NCBI GenBank assembly: GCA_030699205.1
Contig: JAUYJY010000033.1
Span: 1-38,800 of the forward strand
DNA length: 38,800 nucleotides
Direction: 5' to 3'
Source: Candidatus Pacearchaeota archaeon
GTDB lineage: Archaea; Nanobdellota; Nanobdellia; Pacearchaeales; GW2011-AR1
This document shows, piece after piece, positions 18,140 to 27,813 of the stretch. The notes under the pieces are model-generated. The model searched no databases, had not been told where the DNA came from, and worked only from the letters and a program-made list of their open reading frames with translations. A program made the position numbers and the translations under genes. Each line of letters opens with the position of its first letter. The stretch's first letter is position 1.

Positions 18140-21100
18140 TTATTTAATATCAGAATCTAGTTTTTCCAAATGTTCTGAAACCCTTTTATCAATTATCATT
18201 ATATGTTTTATTGATTCAACATGCTTATGTTTAACAAGGATATTTTTATTTTTTATTTTTTTAGCAGTATTTTTATCTACTTTAATTAACCATCCATAAA
18301 TTCTAGGTTTCTTTTCTTCTAAATAGATTTCTTTTACTTTTCCAATCTTATGTCCATCTGCCCCATAAACCTTAATTCCTTTTATAGATTTTAATCTCGT
18401 TAGATCTTTAGGCTTTCTTTTTATTAAAAATTTAATTGTCAAGAAGATTATTGAAACTAAAATTAAAGCTCCAAAACCAATAAAAAAGTAAATTTTATTT
18501 TTAGAAACTTGTTTTATAATTGAAGAGAAAAATTTTCCAATATTTTTAATATATTCATTAAATTGAGATTGTTTTTCTGGCTTTTCAATTTCTCCACCTG
18601 TTTGATTTTCTTGAGAAGTTTTATTTTCTCCTTTCTCCCATTTTTCTTCATCTTTATCACATATAGAATTATTATTGGCATCCAAACAACATTCTAAACC
18701 ATATCTCATATAAGGAGGATTGCAGATTACCTCTTGGATGGCGTCTCCAGTTATGCTTCCTCCACCACCTCCAGAACTCCCTCCCGTTCCTGTATCTGAA
18801 GAGGGAGCAGTTACTGTAAAACTATCAAAAGCAGATGCTGTTCCTCCCGTCCAAGTGGTTAATGCTTTATAACGATATGTTCCTGCACTTGAAGGAGAAG
18901 TTAAAGTTGCAGTTATATTTGAAGTTCCAGAAGCACCGACATAAACTGTCTGTTGTCCAGAGCTGTAATTGGTATCTTCAGCAACGTTTGTAATCCAATA
19001 ATCTGTTATAAAATCCTGCCCTATATCTATATTTTGGTTTTCAATTTCTATCGTAGTGTCAAAACTTGTGGATGTTTGTACAGAAGCAGGAGCATATACT
19101 GTTAAGTCTGCAGGACCCCCATAACCTGGAATACTTACTTGAATCTGATTAGATTGATAAGTCACAGAATTAACAGTGGCACTTGCTTTTACAAATGTTT
19201 TTAATGTATTTGAAGCAGCTTTGCTTACAATAACAGAACCAGATGTGCTATAATTTTGTGTTCTGTTTAAGTTTATATTTGTATTAATATCTAAATCATT
19301 ATCTATTAATGAGATAGAAGTTAAATCTGTTCCTCCAGAATTTACTACATCTACTGTTAAAGTGTAATTTACAGCAGTAGAATTTTCTGAATTATAATAG
19401 GCATTTTTTACAAGAGTTAATTGTTGTCCTGTTGGAGAAGAAGGTATTATTAAAACCATTTCTGAAGAATTCGCAGATATTTCGTTTCCAGAATAAGGGT
19501 CTGTTGCATTAACGGTTGCTGTCGCAAGAGTTAAATTATAGGTTGTTGAATTTCTTGTATATTCTTTTAAATAATTCCTTAAAACAGATGAATTAGCAGA
19601 AACAGTTGTTAAATCATATGGGCTTGAGGTTGAGTCAGAATCTGTTAATAAAGAACTTGTTGCATCACTTCCTCCTTTATTTACAACCCTTAATGTAATA
19701 TTGTAATTTATTGTTGTATTTGTCATATTATACAAAGAAACAATTTTGTCTAAAACAAAATCAGCAGGAGAGCCAACAACAAAAGTATCTGTGCAGGGTT
19801 TATTAAATCCTAAATAAGTAGTATTTGCATTTAGAGTATAACTTCCAACATTTAATCCTTAAAATGTTGTTTCAAAACTCCCGTCATCCGCACTCGTTAA
19901 ATTTGCAGAGCCATCTAAATTATTAGAAGCATCATAAACAGTTAAATTAACGCTTTGAGAATTTAAAGCACTTGTTCCATCTGTAACATTTCCTTGAACT
20001 AAAACTAAAGCGCCTTGCTGATAACCTCCTCCTGCTTCGCAATTTACAGTTAAATTAATTAAATTGAAAAAGAAATATTCATTTGTTGAATTTGCTGTTC
20101 CATCGTTAGCTATTACGGTCCAGTTATATTGCCCCAAAGCAGATAATCCTGTCCAATTATAAGTAACAGATGTCCCATTCGTTTGATTGTAAGTTGTGTT
20201 AATTATAGAAAATGTTCCGTTTGGATATCCCCCATAAAACCAGACAGTCATGTTGTTCAAATCTAAATCATTAACTGTCGCATTTAGTAAGATAGAAGAA
20301 ATATCATTTTGATATGAGTTGTTTGATGGGGAATTTAGGGTTGTTGTTGGTGCACTATTAAGAATTGTATAATCAACTGTTACATTATATAATTCAGGAG
20401 TGTAACTTGCGTTATCGGTTGTAAAATCAAATTTATATTGAAAATACTGGTTGTCTGTAACTGATAAATTTTGAGGACTTGTTAGATTATTTCCAAGATT
20501 TGTAAAGCTTTCTCCTGAACAAGAAGCATCATCGCAAGATTGAGCAGAAAGATTTAATCTTAATGCTCCTCTTTTGTAGATGTCTTGGATCTCTGTTGCT
20601 GATAAAGAACGGTTGAAGATTGCTACTTCGTCTATTAGACCGTCATGCACCATATCTGCCGCAGTAACTCGACGACCAATAAATGAATCTCCGATTCCAG
20701 GATCACTAGCTTTTATGCCTGAACAGTCTTCAGTACCATCTTTATACACTATCCAGTTGTTTCCACTTCTTACAACAGTAATCAGATGCCATGCGTCATC
20801 ACGCAAATCAGACCCTACACATACTTCACCATCAACAAATAGTCTCAACTGATTGTTCGCTAAACCGAATGTTGTAACTCCATACAAAATAAAGATATCT
20901 TCATTCTGCCCGAAAAGTGCGGTGTGGGCTATCGCAGATGATCGAGTCTGCTGCCACATTGACAGTGTCAAATCACCATTTGCAGGTAATATGGTAGTAC
21001 CTACATCAACATAATCATCCGTTCCGTCAAAATCAAAAGCTCCATTAAGCTTTCCATAACCCGTAACTTCATCTCCATCAAAACCAATCCCTGTTCCATT

Positions 21101-21505
21101 ATTCCCATTGCCTGAAAAATCATAAACATGTGTATCATTTTCTCCATAAAAAGAGTCATTATTCATATGCATCAGCAAAACATTTCCAGTCATATTAATT
21201 CCTCTTAAAAAATCACCTGTTTCTACTTCTTGATTGTTTGGAAGTTCTTGATTATATGGAACTTCTGTAAACCAAGAAATATTATTCCACTGCGAACTTC
21301 GTCCCGAATTAAAAATCTGGCTTGTGTAAGTTCCATTTAATCTTGATTCATTTAATTGAACAAAGCCAGAAGAATTGTAAAAAGTCCAATTATAAGTTCC
21401 AGAATCAAAATTTGATTGAGAGTTGTCTATGAAAGTTGAGGCTGTGACTATTGCTACTAAGAATAAGAAAATTAATACAAATATTGCTAAAAATTCTTTA
21501 TTCAT
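18140..21505 (-). pseudogene. large cell-surface protein (signal peptide, LamG, Ig-like repeats, TM, PRC-barrel) split by one in-frame TAA
   Basis: The two track ORFs share a frame; 19858-19736 is open (GLNVGSYTLNANTT...); LamG motifs WHLITVV and GLIDEVAIFNRSLS; PRC-barrel KVYGADGHKIGKVKEI. Confidence 0.85.
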
Positions 21506-21681
21506 ATTCCCAGCTCCCTTTTTAATTTCAAAACTTCTTCTGCGTCTTTAATTTTCTTTAATGCATTATTATAAAAAGAAGAAACTGCTGGCTGAGAAAT
21601 CTTTAGTTTTTTAGCTATTTCTAATTGAGTTAAACCTTTCTTTTTTAATTTTAGAACTTCTATTTCTTTTTCTGTTAACAT
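21502..21681 (-). CDS. Tfx/LuxR-type HTH regulator (59 aa, not in ORF track)
   Basis: MLTEKEIEVLKLKKKGLTQLEIAKKLKISQPAVS...; ATGA overlap with the surface-protein start. Confidence 0.85.
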   Translation of the reverse strand: MLTEKEIEVLKLKKKGLTQLEIAKKLKISQPAVSSFYNNALKKIKDAEEVLKLKRELGI

Positions 21682-21748
21682 AGTATAAGTATTATTAGCT
21701 ATATATACTATTATATTTATTTAAAGGTTTTGCTTTTGGGCGGAGGAA

Positions 21749-21962
21749 AAAAGATTATTTCTAAGTAAATCTCAAAACTGAAAGTTTTGACTAATTGTCC
21801 AAAGGACAGGCGCGCCCCTCGTAATTGGGGCGAGAGTTTAAGCCTTAACTAATTAAGATAAAAATAACAAGACTTGGGCTCGAGTTGGGTTGTCGGGGGA
21901 TGGCTAAGAGAGATTTTAGCTATTTTTTACTTGTAGATTTTAGGAGAATTAGAAATTTCGTT
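21749..21962. repeat. structured non-coding element B (inverted relative of element A)
   Basis: AAAAGATTATT, GGCGCGCCCCTC, GGGATGGCTAAGAGAGATTTTAG, GGAGAATTAGAAA and TTCGTT; hairpins TCAAAACT/AGTTTTGA and CGCCCC/GGGGCG. Confidence 0.7.
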
Positions 21963-22059
21963 GAACACCTATTATAGGCATGTGAGGACGACCCGTTATT
22001 TAATATATTTTGCTTGAGATACTGAAAAGTAATTTAAAGTTTTTTAATACCCTTTTTTA

Positions 22060-22152
22060 TATAGTCTAAGACATTTATAATTGAAATGTATTTGTCTTAA
22101 ACTATTAGCGGAAGAACAAAAAACTGTTCAAAATATTTTGTCTTCTGCTATA
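22060..22152 (-). mobile_element. 93-bp MITE family, copy 3
   Basis: Reverse-complement copy with TATA at both ends. Confidence 0.88.
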
Positions 22153-22168
22153 CCCTTGGATTTCTACT

Positions 22169-23449
22169 TTATTTCTTGCCGATAAATTTCTTGCCGTCCA
22201 TGTAAGGAATCAAAACATCAGGAATCTTTATTGTTCCGTCTTTTTGCTGACAATTTTCAAGAATTGCAACCATTGCACGCGAAGTTGCAATAGCCGTATT
22301 ATTCAAAGTATGCACAAATCTTCTTTCGCCCTTATCATTAAAATATTTTATATTTAATCTTCTTGCCTGTGCTTCTTCCATATTTGTTACCGAGCCAATT
22401 TCATTATACTCATTAGTTCTTGGGCGCCAGAATTCTAAATCTGCACCCTTCGCTTTTAAATCTCCTAAATCTGCCGAACAGGATTCATATTCTCTTATTG
22501 GAATCTTTAGTTTTTTAAATAACTCTTTTGATAAATCCATTAATTCTTTATAATACTTGTAAGAATCTTTTGGCTCGCAGATAACTACCATTTCTTGTTT
22601 ATTAAACTGGTGCGTTCTAAAAAGACCTTTCTCATCAATGCCGTGAGAACCAATTTCTTTTCTAAAACACATTGAATATGCAGTTAATTTTAATGGTAAA
22701 TCCTTGTGGTTTAATGTTTTCCCAATAAACATCCCAATCACTGGATGTTCTGATGTTGCAATTAAATATAAATCCTCTCCCTCAATCTTATAGGACATTG
22801 CATCTATTTCAGATTTAGAGTATACCCCTTCTAAAACTTTTTTTCTAATCATCAGTGGTGGCTCTATATACTCATATCCTTTTGAAACCATAAAATCTCT
22901 TGAATAATTTATTAAGGCCTGATTTAACAAAGCTAAATCATTTTTTAGAATATAAAAACCATTTCCAGTAATTTCTGCAGAAGTTTCAAAATCAGCAAGA
23001 CCTAATTCCTCAGCTAATTCTGTATGATTTTTTATGGAAAAATCAAATTTTTTAGGAATTCCGATAACCTCGCGAACAACATTATCCTTTGCAGATTTTC
23101 CGATAGGAACAGATTCATGCAAAATAGTTGGTATTTGTTTTAGTAAACTATCAATAGATTCTTTTAATCTTCTTTCTTTTTCTTCAACCCTAGCAATTTC
23201 CTGGGGAATTTGTTTGGCTTTTTTCAGAAGGTTTTTATCATTCGCCCTTTCTTTTTTAGCTTCTGAAATTTGTTTTGACAAAACATTCCTTTCAGCCCTT
23301 AGAGAATCAATTTCTGACTTTAATTTTCTCCACTTTTCATCTTTTTTTATGATTTCTTCTAAAACTTTTAACTTCTCATCTTGAAATTTCTTTTTTATGT
23401 TTTTTCGGATTAAATCCGGGTTTTGCCTAATTAAACTTATGTCTATCAT
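22169..23449 (-). CDS. serS: seryl-tRNA synthetase
   Basis: N-terminal coiled coil; LIATSEHP, FRKEIG, GLFRTHQF and HTLNNTAIA. Confidence 0.97.
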   Translation of the reverse strand: MIDISLIRQNPDLIRKNIKKKFQDEKLKVLEEIIKKDEKWRKLKSEIDSLRAERNVLSKQISEAKKERANDKNLLKKAKQIPQEIARVEEKERRLKESIDSLLKQIPTILHESVPIGKSAKDNVVREVIGIPKKFDFSIKNHTELAEELGLADFETSAEITGNGFYILKNDLALLNQALINYSRDFMVSKGYEYIEPPLMIRKKVLEGVYSKSEIDAMSYKIEGEDLYLIATSEHPVIGMFIGKTLNHKDLPLKLTAYSMCFRKEIGSHGIDEKGLFRTHQFNKQEMVVICEPKDSYKYYKELMDLSKELFKKLKIPIREYESCSADLGDLKAKGADLEFWRPRTNEYNEIGSVTNMEEAQARRLNIKYFNDKGERRFVHTLNNTAIATSRAMVAILENCQQKDGTIKIPDVLIPYMDGKKFIGKK

Positions 23450-23529
23450 ATCTTAAATTAGTGAGGTGATTATTTAAAATTAATGAGTGAGCTAAAAGAT
23501 TAGATTTTGTGATTAGTGGAAAAACTTAC

Positions 23530-23622
23530 TATAGTCTAAGACATTTATAATTGAAAGGTATTTGTCTTAGACTATTAGCGGAAGAACAAAAAACTGTTCA
23601 AAATATTTTGTCTTCTGCTATA
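23530..23622 (-). mobile_element. 93-bp MITE family, copy 4
   Basis: Full-length copy with TATA at both ends. Confidence 0.88.
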
Positions 23623-23683
23623 ACCTATTTTCACAGCACCAATACATTAAAGCACACAATCAATAATTATAAAATAACCCAAA

Positions 23684-23776
23684 TATAGTCTAAGACATTT
23701 ATAATTGAAAGGTATTTGTCTTAGACTATTAGCTGAAGAACAAAAAACTGTTCAAAATATTTTGTCTTCTGCTATA
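23684..23776 (-). mobile_element. 93-bp MITE family, copy 5
   Basis: Full-length copy, one substitution versus copy 4, 61 bp away. Confidence 0.88.
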
Positions 23777-23911
23777 TTACCAGATATTAATCTAACTTAG
23801 TATCTAAAAATATGGGTTCACTCCACAATGTAATATAATCAAATTGATAGTATTTTAATGTGCTTGGTGGGAATTGGTATATTTTATAAATCATAAATTC
23901 TTTAAAGTTTT

Positions 23912-24550
23912 ATGGTGATGGAGGAGATAATATTGTCTTTTGTAGGTGCATATAATTTACTCATTGCAAGCGTACCTACACAATATTCCGGATTGATTAA
24001 CATATTTGTTTTCGCATTATTGCTTTCTCTTTATTCTATTTTTACATGGAAATTTTATCGGTTCCTTTCTAAGAAAGACTTAATTGAATTAAACCTTTTT
24101 GAATACAACCGCCTTACACACCCATTTCTTAAGAAATTGTTGGCAATAGCCCTTTATTTAATTGAATACATAATTATTCTTCCATTTCTAATTTTCTTCT
24201 GGTTCGGAATTTTAGCGTTGCTAATTCTGATACTATCCGAAAGCCTTAGTATTCATCAGGTAATTGTTGTTTCTGCAGCAATGATTGCGGCAATAAGAAT
24301 GCTTTCTTATTACGAAGAAGATTTATCAAGAGACCTTGCAAAAATGTTTCCATTTACCATTCTTGCTATTTTTATTTTAAATCCTAATTTCTTCTCTTTG
24401 GAAAGAATTCTTACTAACCTTATAGCTCTCCCAGAATTAGTTGGAAGCATCTTTTACTTTTTAATTTTGATAATCGGTCTTGAAGTAATTTTAAGAATTA
24501 TTGATGTAATCAGAAACCTTGCGATTAGCAGACGGGGAGAAAAGAAATAA
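23912..24550 (+). CDS. hypothetical multi-pass membrane protein
   Basis: 212 aa, about 5 TM helices; YYEEDLSRDLAKMFPF motif. Confidence 0.8.
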   Translation: MVMEEIILSFVGAYNLLIASVPTQYSGLINIFVFALLLSLYSIFTWKFYRFLSKKDLIELNLFEYNRLTHPFLKKLLAIALYLIEYIIILPFLIFFWFGILALLILILSESLSIHQVIVVSAAMIAAIRMLSYYEEDLSRDLAKMFPFTILAIFILNPNFFSLERILTNLIALPELVGSIFYFLILIIGLEVILRIIDVIRNLAISRRGEKK

Positions 24551-24568
24551 GAAAGCGAATAGATATTC

Positions 24569-26263
24569 CTATTCATTGCGTGGGTGGTGCCCGTGAGAAA
24601 TTCTTTCTCCAAATTCTTTCAATTGTTTCTTACCTTCTTTTCTTATTTCTTTTTTCTCAAAATTATCTTTTACTAAAAGATGTGCCATAAAATCCCCCCC
24701 AAGGAAGCTGGGCATAATAACATAATCTGCACCCTCTTCATATAACTTGATGCTCTCTTCCATTCTCTTAGAAGTTGGTATAAAAAGAACATTCTTATTT
24801 TTTATTTCTCTTAAAATTTTAATATTTGTTTCTAAATCTGATATTGTTGAAATTATAATTTCTGCTTTTCTTAATCTTAATTCATTTAGAAATTCAGAAT
24901 CATTCACATCACCATAAGCACAATTAATTCCCCTTTTAGAAAGTTTATTTATAATATCTGGATTGAAATCTATAACTAAATATTTCTTTCTTGCTTTATT
25001 AAACGCTTTTAATAAGTTAAACCCTAAATGGCCATACCCCATTAAAATCACATCATAATCTTTGTTTTTGGCAGCCGTGCCAAGTTCTTTCTTTTTTCCA
25101 TCAAATATATTCAGCAAATTCTTTATTTTATTATAAATTGGATTTGAATAATAAACCATATAGCTGCTCAAGGCGATAGTTATTAGTGCCACTAAAATTG
25201 AAAGAGAAAGTATTTCCTGTTTCAAAACACCCATAGTTGCTCCAAGCAAAATCAGAATTAATGAAAATTCGCTTATTTGTGCAAGTAAAATTCCTGTATG
25301 AAATCCCACTTTCTTTTTATATCCAAAGAACTTCATTAAAGTCATTACAATTATTGGATTCCCCACCAATACAAAAATAGAGAATGCAAATGCCTTTGTA
25401 ATTAATCCCAAAGATAAAGGACCTATAAGTTTAGAGCCAAAAAATACAAAAAACAACACCACAAAGAAATCTCTTATCCCTGTGATTTTACCCTTTATCT
25501 CAAGATTATATTTTGATGATGCAAGTGCCATCCCCGCCAATAATGCCCCAATTTCAATTGAAAATCCCAACCCCTCAAAAGCTATTGCTACTATTAGTGT
25601 CCACGCAACGCTAAATAAGAATAAAATTTCCTGATTTCTCGCAGCCAATCCAACAATTTTATGAAGAATGAAATATGAGATTAAAAAAACTCCTGCAATT
25701 GCAATCGCACCCTTAATAAGCTGAATGAAAATTAAAGATATGTCTCCACCCCCTAAAACTGGAACTAACATCAATGCAATTGCTGCAACAAAGTCCTGAA
25801 CAATTAAAACACCTATTCCTATTTTTCCATGTAGTGTATCTAATTCTTTTTTATCTGAGAGAAGTTTTACAGCAACAACTGTCGATGAAAACGCAAGACC
25901 TGCTGCAATGTATAATGCGGGAATTGATGAAAATCCAAATCCGATAGCAATTAAAAATCCTATGGACGCCGTAACTAATATCTGCCCCAATCCAACTCCG
26001 AGAGCAACACCCCCAACATCCTTTAAGACCCTAAAATCCAAATTTAAACCAACGATAAATAATAAGAAAGTGACTCCCATCCTCGCTAATGCCTGAACCA
26101 AATCTGTAGAACTTAACAAATTTAATGCAAATGGCCCGACTAAAATTCCTGTAATCAGATATGCAATTATAGGGGGCTGTTTTATTGCTCTTCCAAATAA
26201 ACTTAGAACTGCCGCCAATCCAATAATAACCCCAATTTCTATAATTATACTTTCCATCTGCAA
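24569..26263 (-). CDS. CPA2/Kef-type cation:proton antiporter with TrkA-N domain
   Basis: FSSTVVAVKLL, LIVQD, QISEFS; C-terminal GYGHLG and YGDV. Confidence 0.92.
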   Translation of the reverse strand: MQMESIIIEIGVIIGLAAVLSLFGRAIKQPPIIAYLITGILVGPFALNLLSSTDLVQALARMGVTFLLFIVGLNLDFRVLKDVGGVALGVGLGQILVTASIGFLIAIGFGFSSIPALYIAAGLAFSSTVVAVKLLSDKKELDTLHGKIGIGVLIVQDFVAAIALMLVPVLGGGDISLIFIQLIKGAIAIAGVFLISYFILHKIVGLAARNQEILFLFSVAWTLIVAIAFEGLGFSIEIGALLAGMALASSKYNLEIKGKITGIRDFFVVLFFVFFGSKLIGPLSLGLITKAFAFSIFVLVGNPIIVMTLMKFFGYKKKVGFHTGILLAQISEFSLILILLGATMGVLKQEILSLSILVALITIALSSYMVYYSNPIYNKIKNLLNIFDGKKKELGTAAKNKDYDVILMGYGHLGFNLLKAFNKARKKYLVIDFNPDIINKLSKRGINCAYGDVNDSEFLNELRLRKAEIIISTISDLETNIKILREIKNKNVLFIPTSKRMEESIKLYEEGADYVIMPSFLGGDFMAHLLVKDNFEKKEIRKEGKKQLKEFGERISHGHHPRNE

Positions 26264-26315
26264 ACCTCTTTTTCTCTCTTTAAAAGAATAAAAACAATTT
26301 TAAATATGTTCCCAT

Positions 26316-26794
26316 TTAGGAAAGTTTCTTCTTATAAACTGCAATGTAAAATACAATAGCCCCTAATATTCCTGTGAAAATAGTTATTATCAGATGGAAA
26401 GTATTCTTCATAATTCCCTCCAAGTAAATCATTCTTATCCAAAAAGTCAATCCCGACCCTATTGCTCCAATTATTGAGACGTAGAATATGAAGAAAAAGA
26501 ATATCCCGAGGATGGGACTTAGGGTTTCATGATTTGTTAAAGATATGCCAATCATAGATATCATAAGAATAATTATTGAAATGAGAAAAGCATAAAGATG
26601 GAATTTGCATTTCTTTTTATGTCGAAGTTGCTGATACAGATGAATGCAACTTAGAGCACAAGAGAATTGCTTACTCTTGCAATTCTCTGTGCAGAGAAAT
26701 CCATAAAAGATTTCTCATGCATCCAAAAGTCCCAAAACAAAACGAGAGGGACTTTTTGATATTCCTGTTTTTCTTTTTTGCTTGAAATGTCCAT
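26316..26794 (-). pseudogene. small membrane protein interrupted by a 134-bp insertion
   Basis: Removing 26619-26752 joins ATG 26794 in frame to the 82-aa ORF (MDISSKKEKQEYQKKKKCKFHLYAFLISIIILMISMIG..., 114 aa). Confidence 0.7.
26619..26752. mobile_element. hairpin-rich insertion element (family C, copy 1)
   Basis: First 62 bp match 37024-37085 at 57/62; nested stems; T5 runs on both sides; exact ends ambiguous. Confidence 0.7.
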
Positions 26795-26796
26795 AA

Positions 26797-26889
26797 TATA
26801 GTCTAAGACATTTATAATTAAACAGTATTTGTCTTAGACTATTAGCGGAAGAACAAAAAACTGTTCAAAATATTTTGTCTTCTGCTATA
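26797..26889 (-). mobile_element. 93-bp MITE family, copy 6
   Basis: Full-length copy with TATA at both ends, 2 bp from ATG 26794. Confidence 0.88.
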
Positions 26890-26939
26890 CTATATGGAAC
26901 AAACTATTATAAATGTAAGTTTTGTGTATTTTTATTATG

Positions 26940-27001
26940 CTCATCCCACTTGGCTGGGATGGGGGCGGTCGGCTCACTACGCGGCGGGCTGACCGCACTC
27001 C
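26940..27001 (+). ncRNA. candidate small GC-rich two-hairpin RNA
   Basis: Stems CATCCCA/TGGGATG and GCGGTCGGCTC/GGGCTGACCGC (two G.U pairs on the + strand); TATA-like ATTATAAA at 26906-26913. Confidence 0.55.
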
Positions 27002-27022
27002 ATAAAATTTGAAAAGCAAATC

Positions 27023-27030
27023 TTTTTAAA
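27023..27030 (+). promoter_or_regulatory. archaeal TATA box of rpsJ
   Basis: TTTTTAAA 22 nt before the ATG, with a purine-rich BRE-like stretch upstream. Confidence 0.55.
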
Positions 27031-27051
27031 CCAAATTTTTCTAAACCCATC

Positions 27052-27360
27052 ATGGGAAAGGTAAGAATTAAATTAAGCAGTATTGATATAGGAGCTTTAA
27101 ATTCAGTGATTGAAATGATTAAAGGGATTTCTGATAAAACGGGAGTTAATATGCGTGGTCCCATTCCATTGCCTACAAGAAGGATGAAAGTAACAACAAG
27201 AAAGAGTCCTTGCGGAGATGGAACGGCTACATTTGACAGGTTTGAAATGAGAGTTCATAAAAGAATAATTGACCTTCCCGCACAGGATAGAGTTCTGCAT
27301 CCAATTATGACTTTAAAGATACCAAGAAGCGTGCAGATAAAAATTGAGATGAAAGACTAA
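27052..27360 (+). CDS. rpsJ: 30S ribosomal protein uS10
   Basis: RGPIPLPT and TRKSPCGDGTATFDRFEMRVHKRIID (archaeal type). Confidence 0.97.
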   Translation: MGKVRIKLSSIDIGALNSVIEMIKGISDKTGVNMRGPIPLPTRRMKVTTRKSPCGDGTATFDRFEMRVHKRIIDLPAQDRVLHPIMTLKIPRSVQIKIEMKD

Positions 27361-27396
27361 CTAAATCTTTATTAATAATTTATCTTATCTTTTTTA

Positions 27397-27813
27397 ATGA
27401 AAATATATTTTGCAGGTTCTATTTCCGGAGGGAGGGATGATGTTAAAATTTATTCAGAAATTATTAATTACCTAAAAAAATACGGAGAGGTTTTAACAGA
27501 ACACGTTGGTGATGCACATTTAAGTGCTGAAGATGGAGAGGGAATCGGGGATAAAAAAATCCACGATAGAGATATGAAATGGGTTCTTTCTTCTGATATT
27601 TTAGTTGCGGAAATCACAAAACCAAGTTTAGGAGTAGGTTATGAAATTGGCAGAGCTTTTGAAAATGGGAAAAAAATCCTGTGCCTTTACAGAAAAGAAG
27701 ATGGTAAAATGGTTTCTCCGATGATTATAGGGAATGATAAAATTAAGAGTTTTTGCTATTCTGATTTAGAAGAAGCTAAAGAAGTTATTGATGGGTTTTC
27801 TAGTACTCTTTAA
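27397..27813 (+). CDS. 2'-deoxynucleoside 5'-phosphate N-hydrolase (DNPH1/RCL-like, NDT superfamily)
   Basis: IYFAGSISGGR, VLTEHV and VAEITKPSLGVGYEIGRA. Confidence 0.88.
   Translation: MKIYFAGSISGGRDDVKIYSEIINYLKKYGEVLTEHVGDAHLSAEDGEGIGDKKIHDRDMKWVLSSDILVAEITKPSLGVGYEIGRAFENGKKILCLYRKEDGKMVSPMIIGNDKIKSFCYSDLEEAKEVIDGFSSTL

Noticed and set aside
19859-19861. Stop-codon reassignment or selenocysteine/pyrrolysine
   Set aside because: The codon is TAA, which terminates many intact genes in the window
21738-21994. RNase P RNA, suggested by GGGCGGAGGAAA
   Set aside because: No GAAAGTCC continuation and no 3' conserved P4 strand
23530-23776. Repeat-spacer-repeat resembling a CRISPR array
   Set aside because: The repeat is 93 bp, only two are adjacent, other copies are dispersed in both orientations, and no cas genes are present
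26619-26752. Archaeal BHB intron or group II intron
   Set aside because: Both exon flanks are A-runs that cannot form a bulge-helix-bulge; no GUGYG start or domain V
26907-27300. Minus-strand ORFs over rpsJ
   Set aside because: Antisense to a clear ribosomal protein gene
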